Below, one piece after another: positions 1 to 10,935 of a stretch of 64,000 bases of DNA. Within the stretch, counting starts at the first letter, position 1. Every line of letters starts with the position of its first letter. The notes beneath the pieces are model-generated. The model did no database searches. It was not told the DNA's origin and saw only the letters and a list, made by a program, of their open reading frames with translations. Source of the stretch: Escherichia coli (lineage in GTDB: Bacteria; Pseudomonadota; Gammaproteobacteria; Enterobacterales; Enterobacteriaceae). Both the position numbers and the translations under genes were made by a program. Where the stretch lies: the NCBI RefSeq assembly GCF_003018235.1, contig NZ_CP027439.1; one strand, 5' to 3'.

Positions 1-1
1 C

Positions 2-1996
2 GGCATACTCAGTGCGCTGGGATACTCCATCAATACCCTGACAATGTTCGGGATGGTGCTGGCCATCGGCCTGCTGGTTGATGACGCCATTGTGGTCGTG
101 GAAAACGTTGAACGCGTAATGGCTGAGGAAGGGCTAAAACCCCGCGCTGCAACACGAAAGTCTATGGAGCAGATCCAGGGGGCGTTGGTCGGCATTGCGC
201 TGGTCTTATCGGCAGTGTTTATTCCTATGGCCTTTTTTGGTGGCAGTACGGGGGTTATCTATCGACAGTTCTCCATTACGATTGTCTCGGCGATGGTGCT
301 GTCAGTGCTTGTTGCCCTCACCCTGACGCCTGCGCTTTGCGCCACTATACTGAAGCCGGTAAAGCCCGGTGAGCATGCCAAAAACCGTGGATTTTTTGGC
401 TGGTTTAACCGCCGTTTCGACGCCAGTAGCTCGCATTATTCACGTGCTGTCGGTCGTATGCTGAACGGAACAGGACGCTACTTAATCATATACGGCGTGA
501 TTGTCCTGGGTATGGCCTGGCTGTTTGCACGTCTGCCAACCGCATTCTTGCCTTCAGAAGATCAGGGCGTATTGGCTACGCAGGCCGTCCTACCCGCAGG
601 CGCGACTCAGGAGCGTTCTCAGCTTATTCTGGATCAGATTAATGACTGGTATCTCAATAAGGAGAAGCAAAACGTTGCTAACGTCCTGACGGTCAATGGT
701 TTTGGGTTCGCCGGTCGCGGGCAGAATATTGGTATTGCCTTTATCGGCCTGAAAGACTGGTCTAAGCGTGAAGGTAGTGAAAACAGCGTTGACGCCATCG
801 CGGCACGCGCTAATGAAGCCTTCTCTAAGCTCATCGATGCGCAAATCGCCGCGTTCAACTTGCCGCCAATTATTGCACTGGGTAACGCAACCGGCTTCGA
901 TTTTGAACTGATTGATCAAGCTGGCCTGGGGCATGAAAAACTCATGGAAGCCCGCAATACCCTGCTCCAGATGGCGCAGCAGCACCCTGACGTATTGATG
1001 GCCGTAAGGCCGAACGGCATGGAAGATACGCCTCAATATCGGATCAATATCGACCAGCAAAAAGCATCAGCACTGGGCGTTTCTCTGGAGGATATTAACA
1101 CCACGCTAAGTACCGCCTGGGCAGGAAGTTACGTCAATGACTTTATGGACAGAGGCAGGGTTAAAAAGGTTTATGTGATGAGCGATGCGTCTTGGCGCAT
1201 GATGCCGGACGATCTCAATAACTGGTACGTTCGCGCCGGTAACGGTAAAATGGTTTCCTTCGCAAGTTTTGCTGACGCTCAGTGGATTTATGGCTCGCCG
1301 CGCCTTGAGCGGTTCAATGGTCTGCCGTCCCTGGAAATACTTGGACAACCTGCACCGGGTCGAAGCTCAGGCGAAGCTATGGCTCTTATGGAGCAGTTAG
1401 CATCGCAGTTACCGAAAGGTATCGGTCACGACTGGACCGGGATGTCATATCAGGAACGCCTGAGTGGTCAGCAGGCTCCGGCGCTTTATGCCCTGTCGTT
1501 GATTATCGTTTTCCTGTGTCTGGCAGCGCTGTATGAAAGCTGGTCTATTCCATTTGCTGTGATGCTGGTAGTACCGCTAGGCGTCGTTGGTGCGTTGCTC
1601 GCAACGACCTTGCGTGGTCTCAATAACGACGTCTATTTCGTTGTCGGCCTGCTTACAACCATCGGTTTATCGGCGAAGAACGCGATCCTGATCGTTGAAT
1701 TTGCCAACGACATGATGGTGAAGGAAGGAAAAGGTCTAATTGAAGCAACGCTTGAGGCAGCACATATGCGTCTGCGCCCGATATTAATGACCTCACTGGC
1801 CTTTATACTCGGGGTTCTGCCACTGGCATTAAGCCGTGGAGCTGGGTCTGGCGCACAGAATGCCGTTGGGACTGGTGTCATTGGTGGGATGGTCGCGGCA
1901 ACGCTGCTGGCGATCTACTTTGTGCCAGTGTTCTTTGTCGTTGTACGCCGTCGTTTTACTGGCAAGCGTGTCAATGATGACGAGGATGATGAGTAA
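2..1996 (+). CDS. RND multidrug efflux permease, AcrB/AcrF family; 5' end outside the window (C-terminal 664 aa present)
   Basis: The frame is open from base 2 ([14 protein letters not shown] precedes the first Met at 44). The translation is collinear with my memory of E. coli AcrB from [32 protein letters not shown] to [10 protein letters not shown] hairpin terminator follows. Confidence 0.9.
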   Translation, partial: GILSALGYSINTLTMFGMVLAIGLLVDDAIVVVENVERVMAEEGLKPRAATRKSMEQIQGALVGIALVLSAVFIPMAFFGGSTGVIYRQFSITIVSAMVLSVLVALTLTPALCATILKPVKPGEHAKNRGFFGWFNRRFDASSSHYSRAVGRMLNGTGRYLIIYGVIVLGMAWLFARLPTAFLPSEDQGVLATQAVLPAGATQERSQLILDQINDWYLNKEKQNVANVLTVNGFGFAGRGQNIGIAFIGLKDWSKREGSENSVDAIAARANEAFSKLIDAQIAAFNLPPIIALGNATGFDFELIDQAGLGHEKLMEARNTLLQMAQQHPDVLMAVRPNGMEDTPQYRINIDQQKASALGVSLEDINTTLSTAWAGSYVNDFMDRGRVKKVYVMSDASWRMMPDDLNNWYVRAGNGKMVSFASFADAQWIYGSPRLERFNGLPSLEILGQPAPGRSSGEAMALMEQLASQLPKGIGHDWTGMSYQERLSGQQAPALYALSLIIVFLCLAALYESWSIPFAVMLVVPLGVVGALLATTLRGLNNDVYFVVGLLTTIGLSAKNAILIVEFANDMMVKEGKGLIEATLEAAHMRLRPILMTSLAFILGVLPLALSRGAGSGAQNAVGTGVIGGMVAATLLAIYFVPVFFVVVRRRFTGKRVNDDEDDE

Positions 1997-2001
1997 TCAA
2001 A

Positions 2002-2031
2002 ATCACCGGAGCCCCTGCTCCGGTGATTTTT

Positions 2032-2032
<1 letters not shown>
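2002..2032. terminator. Bidirectional rho-independent terminator between the convergent RND and LysR genes
   Basis: Stem ATCACCGGAGC / GCTCCGGTGAT with loop CCCT, followed by a T run. Confidence 0.6.
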
Positions 2033-2955
<923 letters not shown>

Positions 2956-3067
2956 TTAATCATGAGAAGGGTTCATAGACGCAATCATTTTAGCCTCGTT
3001 ACTCTCAATAATCACAGTTGATACACTTCTTCACAGTTAAATTCTCCAATTGCTCAGCAGGTTTATA

Positions 3068-3838
3068 ATGAAGGTTTTAATTGTCGGTGCGACCGGCAGT
3101 ATTGGTCGTCATGTTGTAGAAATGTCGATAGAAATGGGACATCAATCGAAAGCCCTGGTCCGTTCCCCAAAAAAAAGAAAATTGTTGCCACAGGGAATTG
3201 AGATTGTTTATGGCGACGTCTCTGTCCCGGAAACATTGACCGGCATTGGAGATGATATCGATGCCGTTATTTTCACCCTGGGATCAGATGGATTAGGCCG
3301 CATTGGTGCTCGGGCAGTGGACTATGGCGGGGTGAAAAATATTCTTCAACAACTTAAGCATCGGCGAGTCAGAGTTGCGCTGATGACTGCCATCGGCGTG
3401 ACAGAAAGAGAAGGTTCGTATAACCGCCAGACGGAAGCGCATGACTGGAAACGTCGTGCGGAACGCCTGGTTCGTGCCAGCGGTCACCCCTATACCATCG
3501 TCAGGCCTGGTTGGTTTGATTACAACAAACCGAATGAACAACAAATCGTCATGTTACAGGGAGACAGACGTCATTCAGGCACACCGATCGATGGCGTGAT
3601 TTCCCGTAAACAAATAGCCAGAGTACTGGTTAGCGCATTAACAGACGATGATGCTAAGAATAAAACGCTTGAACTCATTGCCGAAAAAGGGAAAGAGCAA
3701 CAGAATCTCACCCCACTTTTCTCAGCCCTGCAACAGGACCGCGCAGATAAAAACGATGGTATTCATGATTTAAACAACATGCCCATGGACTCAGAGCCTG
3801 AGTGCGTTGTTCGTGATCTTAATGCAATGACGCAATAA
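3068..3838 (+). CDS. NAD(P)-binding NmrA-like / atypical short-chain dehydrogenase family protein
   Basis: N-terminal Rossmann motif MKVLIVGATGSIGRHV. The ATG at 3068 is preferred over the TTG at 3050. Confidence 0.8.
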   Translation: MKVLIVGATGSIGRHVVEMSIEMGHQSKALVRSPKKRKLLPQGIEIVYGDVSVPETLTGIGDDIDAVIFTLGSDGLGRIGARAVDYGGVKNILQQLKHRRVRVALMTAIGVTEREGSYNRQTEAHDWKRRAERLVRASGHPYTIVRPGWFDYNKPNEQQIVMLQGDRRHSGTPIDGVISRKQIARVLVSALTDDDAKNKTLELIAEKGKEQQNLTPLFSALQQDRADKNDGIHDLNNMPMDSEPECVVRDLNAMTQ

Positions 3839-3847
3839 GATAAATAT

Positions 3848-3878
3848 AAAAAAGGCGGTATATTCTACCGCCTTTTTT
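3848..3878. terminator. Bidirectional terminator hairpin
   Basis: GGCGGTA-TATTC-TACCGCC flanked by an A run and a T run, between convergent genes. Confidence 0.6.
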
Positions 3879-3880
3879 AA

Positions 3881-4936
3881 TTACGCCTTCAATGAGGCCA
3901 TATCGATCACAAAGCGATATTTTACATCACTCTTTAGCATCCGCTGCCAGGCCGTGTTAATATCCGAAATATTAATCAACTCAATATCAGACGTTATCTG
4001 ATGCTTTGCACAGAAATCGATCATTTCCTGTGTCTCCGCAATCCCACCAATGACCGAGCCAGCCACCGATTTTCGTCCTAAAATCAGCGGCGCGCTGTTC
4101 AGCATCGGATTCAAGTCTCCCAGATACCCCACAAGCACCAGTGTTCCGCTCAGCGCCAGCGTCGGAATATAGGGATTCAGATCATGCACATAAGGAACCG
4201 TATCGATAATCAAATCAAACTGGTTATGTGCTTCCTGCATCTGCTTTTCATCGGTTGAAATAACAATATGCGTGGCCCCCAGACGGCGAGCATCGGCCTC
4301 TTTGTTCGGCGAACGACTGAATAACGTGACTTCCGCACCCAGCGCTTTGGCTAATTTTATCGCCATATGCCCCAGACCACCCAACCCAACGACCACAACT
4401 TTGCTGCCCGGGCCAACATTCCAGTGACGAAGCTGTGACCAGGTGGTGATACCCGCGCACAGCAGCGGTGCTGCACCTTTTAAATCCAGCGTATCAGGTA
4501 CTTTGATAACGAATTTTTCGGTGACCACAATCTTGTCCGAATAGCCGCCATAGGTTGGCATATGGTCATGCCTGTCAATGTCGTTATAGGTTAAGGTATT
4601 GCCCTCTTCACAGTACTGCTCCAGCCCCTGCTCACAGGGCTTACAATGCTGGCAGGAGTCCACCATGCAACCTACACCGGCATAGTCGCCCACGCGGAAT
4701 TCGGTCACCGCCTTGCCAATCTGAGTCACTCGGCCAATGATTTCATGCCCCGGCACCATCGGATATTTTACACCGCCCCAGTCATTAAACGCATTGTGGA
4801 TGTCTGAGTGACAAACGCCGCTGTATAAAATCTCGATAACCACATCGTTATCGCGCGGATCGCGGCGAACAAAATTGTGTGGTACTAAATCCTCTTTCGC
4901 GGCAAAAGCGGCATAACCTTTCACATTTAAGGTCAT
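3881..4936 (-). CDS. Zn-dependent alcohol dehydrogenase (cinnamyl-alcohol/YahK-like group)
   Basis: GVCHSDIH zinc motif, GHEIIG, a CxxCxxC structural-zinc cluster (CQHCKPCEQG) and GLGGLGH NAD(P) motif. The start at ATG 4936 has GGAG 8 nt upstream. Confidence 0.85.
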   Translation of the reverse strand: MTLNVKGYAAFAAKEDLVPHNFVRRDPRDNDVVIEILYSGVCHSDIHNAFNDWGGVKYPMVPGHEIIGRVTQIGKAVTEFRVGDYAGVGCMVDSCQHCKPCEQGLEQYCEEGNTLTYNDIDRHDHMPTYGGYSDKIVVTEKFVIKVPDTLDLKGAAPLLCAGITTWSQLRHWNVGPGSKVVVVGLGGLGHMAIKLAKALGAEVTLFSRSPNKEADARRLGATHIVISTDEKQMQEAHNQFDLIIDTVPYVHDLNPYIPTLALSGTLVLVGYLGDLNPMLNSAPLILGRKSVAGSVIGGIAETQEMIDFCAKHQITSDIELINISDINTAWQRMLKSDVKYRFVIDMASLKA

Positions 4937-5013
4937 CGTTGAATCTCCGAATAAGAAATGAAACGACATGATGGTCACACGGCGGCCATCATGTCCTTGG
5001 AAGAGTAAGAGGG

Positions 5014-5430
5014 TTATTGCGGGCGTAATTCGCCATATTTATAAGATGCCGTTGCGCCGCCATCAATCAGCAGATCGCTGCCGGTAATGTAGGTACCATT
5101 AGGCCCAAACAGAAACTCTGCCAGCGCACCAATCTCATCCGGCGTGCCTCCCCGCCCTGCCGGCGATTTATCAAGCATATTGCGATAAAACGCACCCCGT
5201 TCTGCGCTATTAAGCTCGTCATAGGCTAGGGGCGTAAAGATGATCCCGGCACTGATGCAGTTAATTCGCGCCCCACGTTTGCCCCACTTCACTGCTTCTG
5301 ACATGACACGGAGTGCATTACAACGCTTGGAAATCTGGTAGGCGTATAAGCTGTCTTCAATATCTTTCATCAGTGGCAACTCGAGCAGTTCCTCCGGCGG
5401 TAACGGGAGGGCAGAATTTTCAAGATGTAG
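5014..5430 (-). pseudogene. 5'-truncated short-chain dehydrogenase gene; C-terminal half only, paralogue of 6366-7193
   Basis: The translation from LPLPPEELLELPLMKDIEDSLYAYQISKR to SYKYGELRPQ aligns with residues about 145-275 of the 6366-7193 product. The N-terminal Rossmann part is missing. Confidence 0.7.
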
Positions 5431-5535
5431 GCGTTTTATTTTATGGTTAATAATCACCGCCACTCTTATGGTGAGAGCATAAAAAAGCCCCCACGGGCTT
5501 TATTACTAAATTCAATACAAACAACAAATTATGCT

Positions 5536-5573
5536 CTTAACGTACGTTTTCGTTCCATTGGCCCTCAGACCCC
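5536..5573 (-). repeat. Tn3-family 38-bp terminal inverted repeat
   Basis: The reverse complement reads GGGGTCTGAGGGCCAATGGAACGAAAACGTACGTTAAG. This matches the GGGG...ACGTTAAG Tn3/Tn1000-type end as I remember it. Confidence 0.75.
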
Positions 5574-5574
5574 T

Positions 5575-6306
5575 CATACGGCTCTCGATGTATTCGTGGC
5601 AATCGGTTGGAATAGCAAAGGGTAACTGGTTATCCCGTAATGATTTGTCAAAATCGCCAGATGGGATCAGATAATCATCGAAATTCCTGTATCGGCGAGA
5701 TCCCTTTACCCAGATGTCACCTGAACGCAAGACTCCCTTCAGCTCATTCAGCACGCAAAATTCGTAATATTTTCGGTCAATGCCGGTGGGAGTGATCACC
5801 ACCTTTCTCCAGCTTTCCGGGATAAACCTGGTTGGCGCGGAAGGTGGTACTTTTCGGAGTTGTTTTCGATACATCTCTCTGACGGTATCAAGCGCGTCAC
5901 TGAGCTGCATTGCGGTAGGTGCAGCCCTGAACTGCAACGCGGACAGCATCCGGGGGGCGTATTTACGCAGCGTACTGTATTTTTCTGTGATTAGATGCAA
6001 CGGGTCGAAGTTGTCCTTACGTGACAGGAGCCGCGTCTCTTCCACACTGTTGATAAATTCCTGCCAGGGAAGGACGTCTTCTATTGCGGCCCAGGGATCT
6101 TCACCGGATTCTCTGGCATTAAGCAATGCCTGCCCGACGGTAACGTATTGCTTCAGCTTACTCTGAATCAGCTTTCCCGTTTGCTGGAGTCGTTCGGCCT
6201 GCGTGCGTTTTGCCCTGCTGAACAGACTGCCCAGAATACGCTCGTGCAGATCAATAACTTCGTCAGTCAGCGTTCTAATGATACTGACGATTAATATAAA
6301 TAACAT
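5575..6306 (-). pseudogene. Internal fragment of a Tn3-family transposase (tnpA)
   Basis: The translation contains the characteristic DRKYYEFCVLNELKGVLRSGDIWVKGSRRYRNFDDYLIP block. The expected N- and C-terminal parts of a roughly 1000-aa TnpA are absent. The ORF reads through into the IR of another element. Confidence 0.8.
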
Positions 6307-6365
6307 AGCCCAGCCAGAAGGCTGGGCTAACAGGAAGGCAGACTATTCACGTGTAGATAGTCTGC

Positions 6366-7193
6366 TTATGGCCTGAGTTCCCCGTATTTATAAGAGGCCG
6401 TCACGCCGCCATCAATCAGAATGTCACTCCCGCTGATATACGTCCCGGCTGGCCCGAAAAGGAGTTCGGCTAATGCACCTATTTCATCCGGGGTTCCACC
6501 TCGTCCGGCTGGCGATTTTTCAAGCATATTCCTGTAAAACTCTCCACGCTCCGGACTCGTTAATTCGTCATAGGCCAGAGGGGTGAAAATAATCCCTGCA
6601 CTGATACAGTTAATGCGCGCTCCGCGTTTACCCCATTTCACGGCTTCCGCCATCACGCGCAGTGCGTTACCACGTTTGGATATTTGATAGGCGTAGAGGC
6701 TGTCATCAATTTCTTTAACGAACGGCAAATCCAGTAATGCCTCAGGTGTCAGCGTGGCTAATGCATCGGCCTGTGACTGGGTCAGGGCATCAACATTCAG
6801 ACGATGACTGGATTGTGAACCGATCACCACAGCGGAGCCTCCGGGGGCAATAACCTTACCAAATTCTTCAAATACGACAGCAGTCCCATATAAATCAACC
6901 CGAAGAATATCTTGGGCTTTGGCCTGTGAGGGGGAGAGCCCCGCTGTATGGATGACGCCTTTTATGTCCCCCAGCTCGGTGGCCGTGCGGACCAGGTTCT
7001 GGACTGACTGTCGGGAACTGACATCAACGACAGCGGTACTGATCGTAAAGCCTGCTTTTGACAGAATTTCTTCGGCTGACTGCGCACTTTCAGCCTTAAT
7101 ATCAGCCAGTAAAATATGCTTACCCACACTGACTCTGCGCGCAATCGCCTGCGCAATTGAGCCACTTCCAATGACCACAATGATCTCTTTCAT
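6366..7193 (-). CDS. Short-chain dehydrogenase/reductase family oxidoreductase
   Basis: 275-aa ORF. It has N-terminal VIGSGSIAQAIA dinucleotide-binding motif, the YxxxK region YAYQISKRG, and a hairpin after the stop. Confidence 0.85.
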   Translation of the reverse strand: MKEIIVVIGSGSIAQAIARRVSVGKHILLADIKAESAQSAEEILSKAGFTISTAVVDVSSRQSVQNLVRTATELGDIKGVIHTAGLSPSQAKAQDILRVDLYGTAVVFEEFGKVIAPGGSAVVIGSQSSHRLNVDALTQSQADALATLTPEALLDLPFVKEIDDSLYAYQISKRGNALRVMAEAVKWGKRGARINCISAGIIFTPLAYDELTSPERGEFYRNMLEKSPAGRGGTPDEIGALAELLFGPAGTYISGSDILIDGGVTASYKYGELRP

Positions 7194-7259
7194 GCGATGT
7201 TCCTTATTGTCGGTGGATCAGTGCGGCCTGATTACAGGCCGCAATCTCACTGGTTGATA

Positions 7260-8408
7260 CTACAATGCGAGTTTAAGGATTGTGGTTAACACATCCGGGG
7301 TGTAGGTCTCAGCCAGCCCGAACCAGCGGGTATTCCCTTCCAGGTTTTCCAGGATACGGGGAAAGTCTGCCTCCGTTATTCCCAGTTGTGACAGACGAGT
7401 TGGGGTACCAATTTTATCAAACCATTTTTCAAGCGCCAGGATGCCTTGTTCAGCGGTTTTCAAACCGAACAGATGCTGCGCAAAACGCTCAAACTGAGAA
7501 GGATTCTGGCTGTGGTACCACTTCATCCATGCAGGCATTACAACGGATAACCCTGCACCATGGGGAACATTAAAGAGGGCTGACAGAGAATGCTCAATCA
7601 TGTGATTAGGGTAGCTGAATCCTGACGTTCCGGCATAGATCAGGCCATTAAGTGCCAGCGTTGCTGCCCATGCAAATTCCGCCCGGGCGTTGTAGTCGCC
7701 CGCATCTGCCAGCAACATTTCCGTCGTCTCCATGACCGTTGCGATAACCGATTCAACCAGACGTGACTGGATTTTCGGCTGCACCGCTGCTGTGAAATAA
7801 CCTTCAATGGAATGGGCGATAATGTCCGCTGCCGAATAGACAAGATAGTCCCGGGAGACCGTCTGCATCAGTGCCGGGTTCACAACGGAGACTTTCGGAA
7901 ACGTATGCACGGAATGCAGAGCAAATTTTTCCAGCGTGGCGTCATTGGTGACAACGGCACCACCGTTCATCTCACTGCCGGTCGCGGCAAGAGTCAGAAC
8001 AGAAAACACGGGTAAGGCAGCTTCGATTTGTCCTTTACCGATAAACAAATCCCAGACGTCGTTCTCATAAAGTGCGCCTGCCGCGACAGATTTCGCACTA
8101 TCCAGTACAGAACCGCCGCCCACGCTTAAAATGGCATCAACCTGGTGAGCACGCGCCAGCTGAATACCTTCTCTGACCTTAGAAATCAGCGGGTTGCTGA
8201 CTATCCCGCCAAACTCTACATACTGAATGCCGTGCTTTGTCAGGCTGTCGCTGATAGTGCTGAACAAACCATCTCGCTTGATGCGGTCACTGCCAAACGC
8301 CAGCAGAACTTTACTGACTTTCTGCTCTGCTAGGATCTGGCCGATCAGCTTTTCTTTGTCTGCACCAAATTCAATTCGGGTCGGGTTATAAAAACTGAAA
8401 TTATCCAT
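7260..8408 (-). CDS. Iron-containing (group III) alcohol dehydrogenase, YqhD/butanol-dehydrogenase-like
   Basis: 382 aa with GGGSVLDSAK and histidine-rich metal site motifs (HSIEGY, HMIEHSLSALFNVPHGAGL). Confidence 0.9.
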   Translation of the reverse strand: MDNFSFYNPTRIEFGADKEKLIGQILAEQKVSKVLLAFGSDRIKRDGLFSTISDSLTKHGIQYVEFGGIVSNPLISKVREGIQLARAHQVDAILSVGGGSVLDSAKSVAAGALYENDVWDLFIGKGQIEAALPVFSVLTLAATGSEMNGGAVVTNDATLEKFALHSVHTFPKVSVVNPALMQTVSRDYLVYSAADIIAHSIEGYFTAAVQPKIQSRLVESVIATVMETTEMLLADAGDYNARAEFAWAATLALNGLIYAGTSGFSYPNHMIEHSLSALFNVPHGAGLSVVMPAWMKWYHSQNPSQFERFAQHLFGLKTAEQGILALEKWFDKIGTPTRLSQLGITEADFPRILENLEGNTRWFGLAETYTPDVLTTILKLAL

Positions 8409-8541
8409 CAGTCACCTCTGTGAAATTAAGTCTGTGAATGCTGTTCTGTGTAACAACACTATAAGCAACTGACTCACAACCAACCAGATGGTAATATGAT
8501 GAATCAGTTACAACTAAATGATGTAAATAAGAGTACTGCTC

Positions 8542-9498
8542 ATGATTAATGAACTGCGTTCAGTGACCACCTTTATCCGGACTGTTGAGCTGGGAAGTCT
8601 GAGTAAAGCTGCTGAAGCCCAGCAAATATCACCTCAGGCGGCGAGTAAGGCCTTAAAGCAACTCGAAAGCTCTCTGGGCGTGAGGCTGTTTCACCGCACA
8701 ACACGGAGTATGTCGCTCACTGAGGAAGGGCAACGGTTTCTCGAAGCAGCCAAACCAGCACTGACCGGGTTACAGCAGGCTTTTGCTTCTGTCCGGCAGA
8801 CGCGGGAGGGGTTTTCCGGGCCATTGCGCATAGTGGCTCCGCGTTCTGTTGTACAGCATATTATTCACCCTGTGCTGATTGAATATTGTCGGCTTTACCC
8901 GGAAGTTCAGCCTGATGTCCAGCTTGATGACGGGGTGGATAACTGGGTTGAGAAGCGCGTGGATGTTGGTTTTCGGATTGCTGTTTCACCGCAGGATGGG
9001 CTGATTGCCAGACGCCTGTTTCCGTTGCAACTGATTATATGCGCATCGCCTGCATATCTTCGCAAATATGGTATGCCGAAATCACTGCATGACCTCAGTA
9101 ATCACCGCTGTAATACATTTCGACATGCCGCAACCGGGCGATTACTTCCCTGGACTGTGAAGGAAGGAGACAACATACAGGAGCACTATGTTAAGCCTGC
9201 CATGTCGACAAATGATGAGATGCTGGAATTACATGCCGTCCTTGCCGGAGAAGTTATTGCTCAGGTTGCAGCACCGACAGCAGCGCAATACATACGATCA
9301 GGTCAGCTTGTGCCACTGTTACTGGAGAATATCGCTGATGTCCACAGCCTGTTTCTCTATTATGGGAGCCGGGTCGCTCAGCCACTTCGTATTCGCCGTT
9401 TTATTGACCTTGCTGTTGAGCGCCTGGCCAGTAGAAAGGGCTTTGTTTTTTCCTCAGAAGAACTGAGACAGGCACATATTGAAGGTATTGCAATGTAA
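8542..9498 (+). CDS. LysR-family transcriptional regulator
   Basis: 318 aa with a wHTH N-terminus. It is divergent from the Fe-ADH gene and a clear paralogue of 12146-13105. Confidence 0.9.
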   Translation: MINELRSVTTFIRTVELGSLSKAAEAQQISPQAASKALKQLESSLGVRLFHRTTRSMSLTEEGQRFLEAAKPALTGLQQAFASVRQTREGFSGPLRIVAPRSVVQHIIHPVLIEYCRLYPEVQPDVQLDDGVDNWVEKRVDVGFRIAVSPQDGLIARRLFPLQLIICASPAYLRKYGMPKSLHDLSNHRCNTFRHAATGRLLPWTVKEGDNIQEHYVKPAMSTNDEMLELHAVLAGEVIAQVAAPTAAQYIRSGQLVPLLLENIADVHSLFLYYGSRVAQPLRIRRFIDLAVERLASRKGFVFSSEELRQAHIEGIAM

Positions 9499-9717
9499 CA
9501 GTACTGTTCTTCCCGGTATCGAAGTTAATACCTTCAATAAATCCATCACACTGGATGACTTTCTCCCAGATGCACTTCCCTCTCTCACACACAACTCGTT
9601 TGTATAATGTTGCGTGGTGCGAGGGACATCTGCTCCCGCAGCGACCGGAAACATCCCTGCCGTCAGGCAGAGAGCGAGGGACGCTGCCAGACCCTGCATT
9701 TTTTTGTCTATTTTCAT
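9454..9717 (-). CDS. Possible small exported protein (doubtful)
   Basis: There is a signal-peptide-like N-terminus (MQGLAASLALCLTAGMFPVAAGA). However, the 3' end overlaps the LysR gene and a second frame looks equally protein-like. Confidence 0.25.
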   Translation of the reverse strand: MKIDKKMQGLAASLALCLTAGMFPVAAGADVPRTTQHYTNELCVREGSASGRKSSSVMDLLKVLTSIPGRTVLLHCNTFNMCLSQFF

Positions 9718-9823
9718 ACAGATTTCCTGATACAGGAACGCCCGATTCCTGTCTGTGAATACGTCATGCCAACGAACAGAGAAAAACGGCCCCTGTACGG
9801 AGCCGTTAGCATGGTAAAACAGG

Positions 9824-10600
9824 TTATGACAGGTTACCGGCGTAGACCTGTGTCTGGCCGCCGTCGATGGTAAGATTTATACCGTTGATAAAACTGCTGG
9901 CGTCGGATGCCAGGAACACGACGCCGTCCCCGATCTCATCAGCACGACCAACACGTCCGACGGGGATCTCCGCTGCACATTTGGCGGCGAAGGCTTCAAC
10001 CTCCTCCGGGGTCATACCCTGCACGGTTTCATAGCCTTCAGTCGGGATAGCCCCTGGACTGATAACATTCACGCGGATATTGCGTGTCTTGAGCTCAGTG
10101 GTCCAGACTCGCGCCATGCCGATAACTGCCGCTTTGGTCGCGGCGTAAGTCGTGTATTCCGGCAGACCAATAAAGGCGGTCATGGAGGACGTCAGAATGA
10201 TTGAACCGCCAGCATTCATAATGGGCAGCATGGCTTGTACGGTGAATAACTGCCCCTTAAGGTTGATGTTCAGCATGTTGTCGAAAAACTCTTCGCTCAC
10301 GTCCTCTAGTTTCTTGCCTATGTAGTAGCCGGCATTAGAGAAAATGATGTCCAGATGACCTTTTTCCAGCTGAATGACTGAGGCGACATTCACCATGTCT
10401 TCCTTGCGGGAGACATCGGCAACGATGGCACGGGCATTTGGGCCAATCTGTTTAATCGCCTCATCCAGGACGTCCTGGCGGCGGCCCACTATATAGACAA
10501 AAGCACCTTCTTCAGCAAGGCGCTTTGCGCCCCCCAGACCGAGTCCCGTTCCGCCACCCGTGACCAGTGCCACTTTACCTTTTAACGTTTGAACCGACAT
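9824..10600 (-). CDS. Classical short-chain dehydrogenase/reductase (3-oxoacyl-ACP reductase / glucose dehydrogenase-like)
   Basis: TGGGTGLG cofactor motif, NAG, catalytic YAATKAA, and PG motif. Confidence 0.9.
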   Translation of the reverse strand: MSVQTLKGKVALVTGGGTGLGLGGAKRLAEEGAFVYIVGRRQDVLDEAIKQIGPNARAIVADVSRKEDMVNVASVIQLEKGHLDIIFSNAGYYIGKKLEDVSEEFFDNMLNINLKGQLFTVQAMLPIMNAGGSIILTSSMTAFIGLPEYTTYAATKAAVIGMARVWTTELKTRNIRVNVISPGAIPTEGYETVQGMTPEEVEAFAAKCAAEIPVGRVGRADEIGDGVVFLASDASSFINGINLTIDGGQTQVYAGNLS

Positions 10601-10630
10601 AAATATTCCTCTGTTTGTAATACAGGTGGC

Positions 10631-10924
10631 TTACGCGATCGTCTGCACGACGCTCATGCAGGAGAGATCGATAATGTCTTTGATTTTCTCTCCGAGGGCC
10701 AGATGATCAGGGGCGCGCATATAGCGCTCCCAGTCCTCCCGGGAATCGAACTCGGCAATCAGCACCACTGCCTGGGTTTCTGACCAGTCGAGTGTCTTTT
10801 CAACGCTGAAGGCTTTGATCCTCGGGACGATGGAGGGCAATTGGCGAAGGATGTCCACTACAGCAGACAGCTCGGCCTCAGTCTTACCTGGATATGTTTT
10901 GCCTATGAAAATATGTTTCAACAT
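10631..10924 (-). CDS. Dabb (stress-responsive alpha/beta-barrel) domain protein
   Basis: 97 aa with the typical size and pattern (MLKHIFIGK...AEFDSREDWERYMRAPDH). It is tightly linked to the flanking dehydrogenases. Confidence 0.7.
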   Translation of the reverse strand: MLKHIFIGKTYPGKTEAELSAVVDILRQLPSIVPRIKAFSVEKTLDWSETQAVVLIAEFDSREDWERYMRAPDHLALGEKIKDIIDLSCMSVVQTIA

Positions 10925-10935
10925 TCGGGGCTCCT

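Noticed and set aside
9401-9717. Possible frameshifted exported protein. A signal peptide lies in one minus-strand frame (from 9717), and a Cys-containing sequence (KCIWEKVIQCDGFIEGINFDTGK) lies in another.
   Set aside because: Both frames run antisense into the LysR gene and no family was recognised. I cannot distinguish a decayed gene from noise, so it is listed only as a low-confidence feature.
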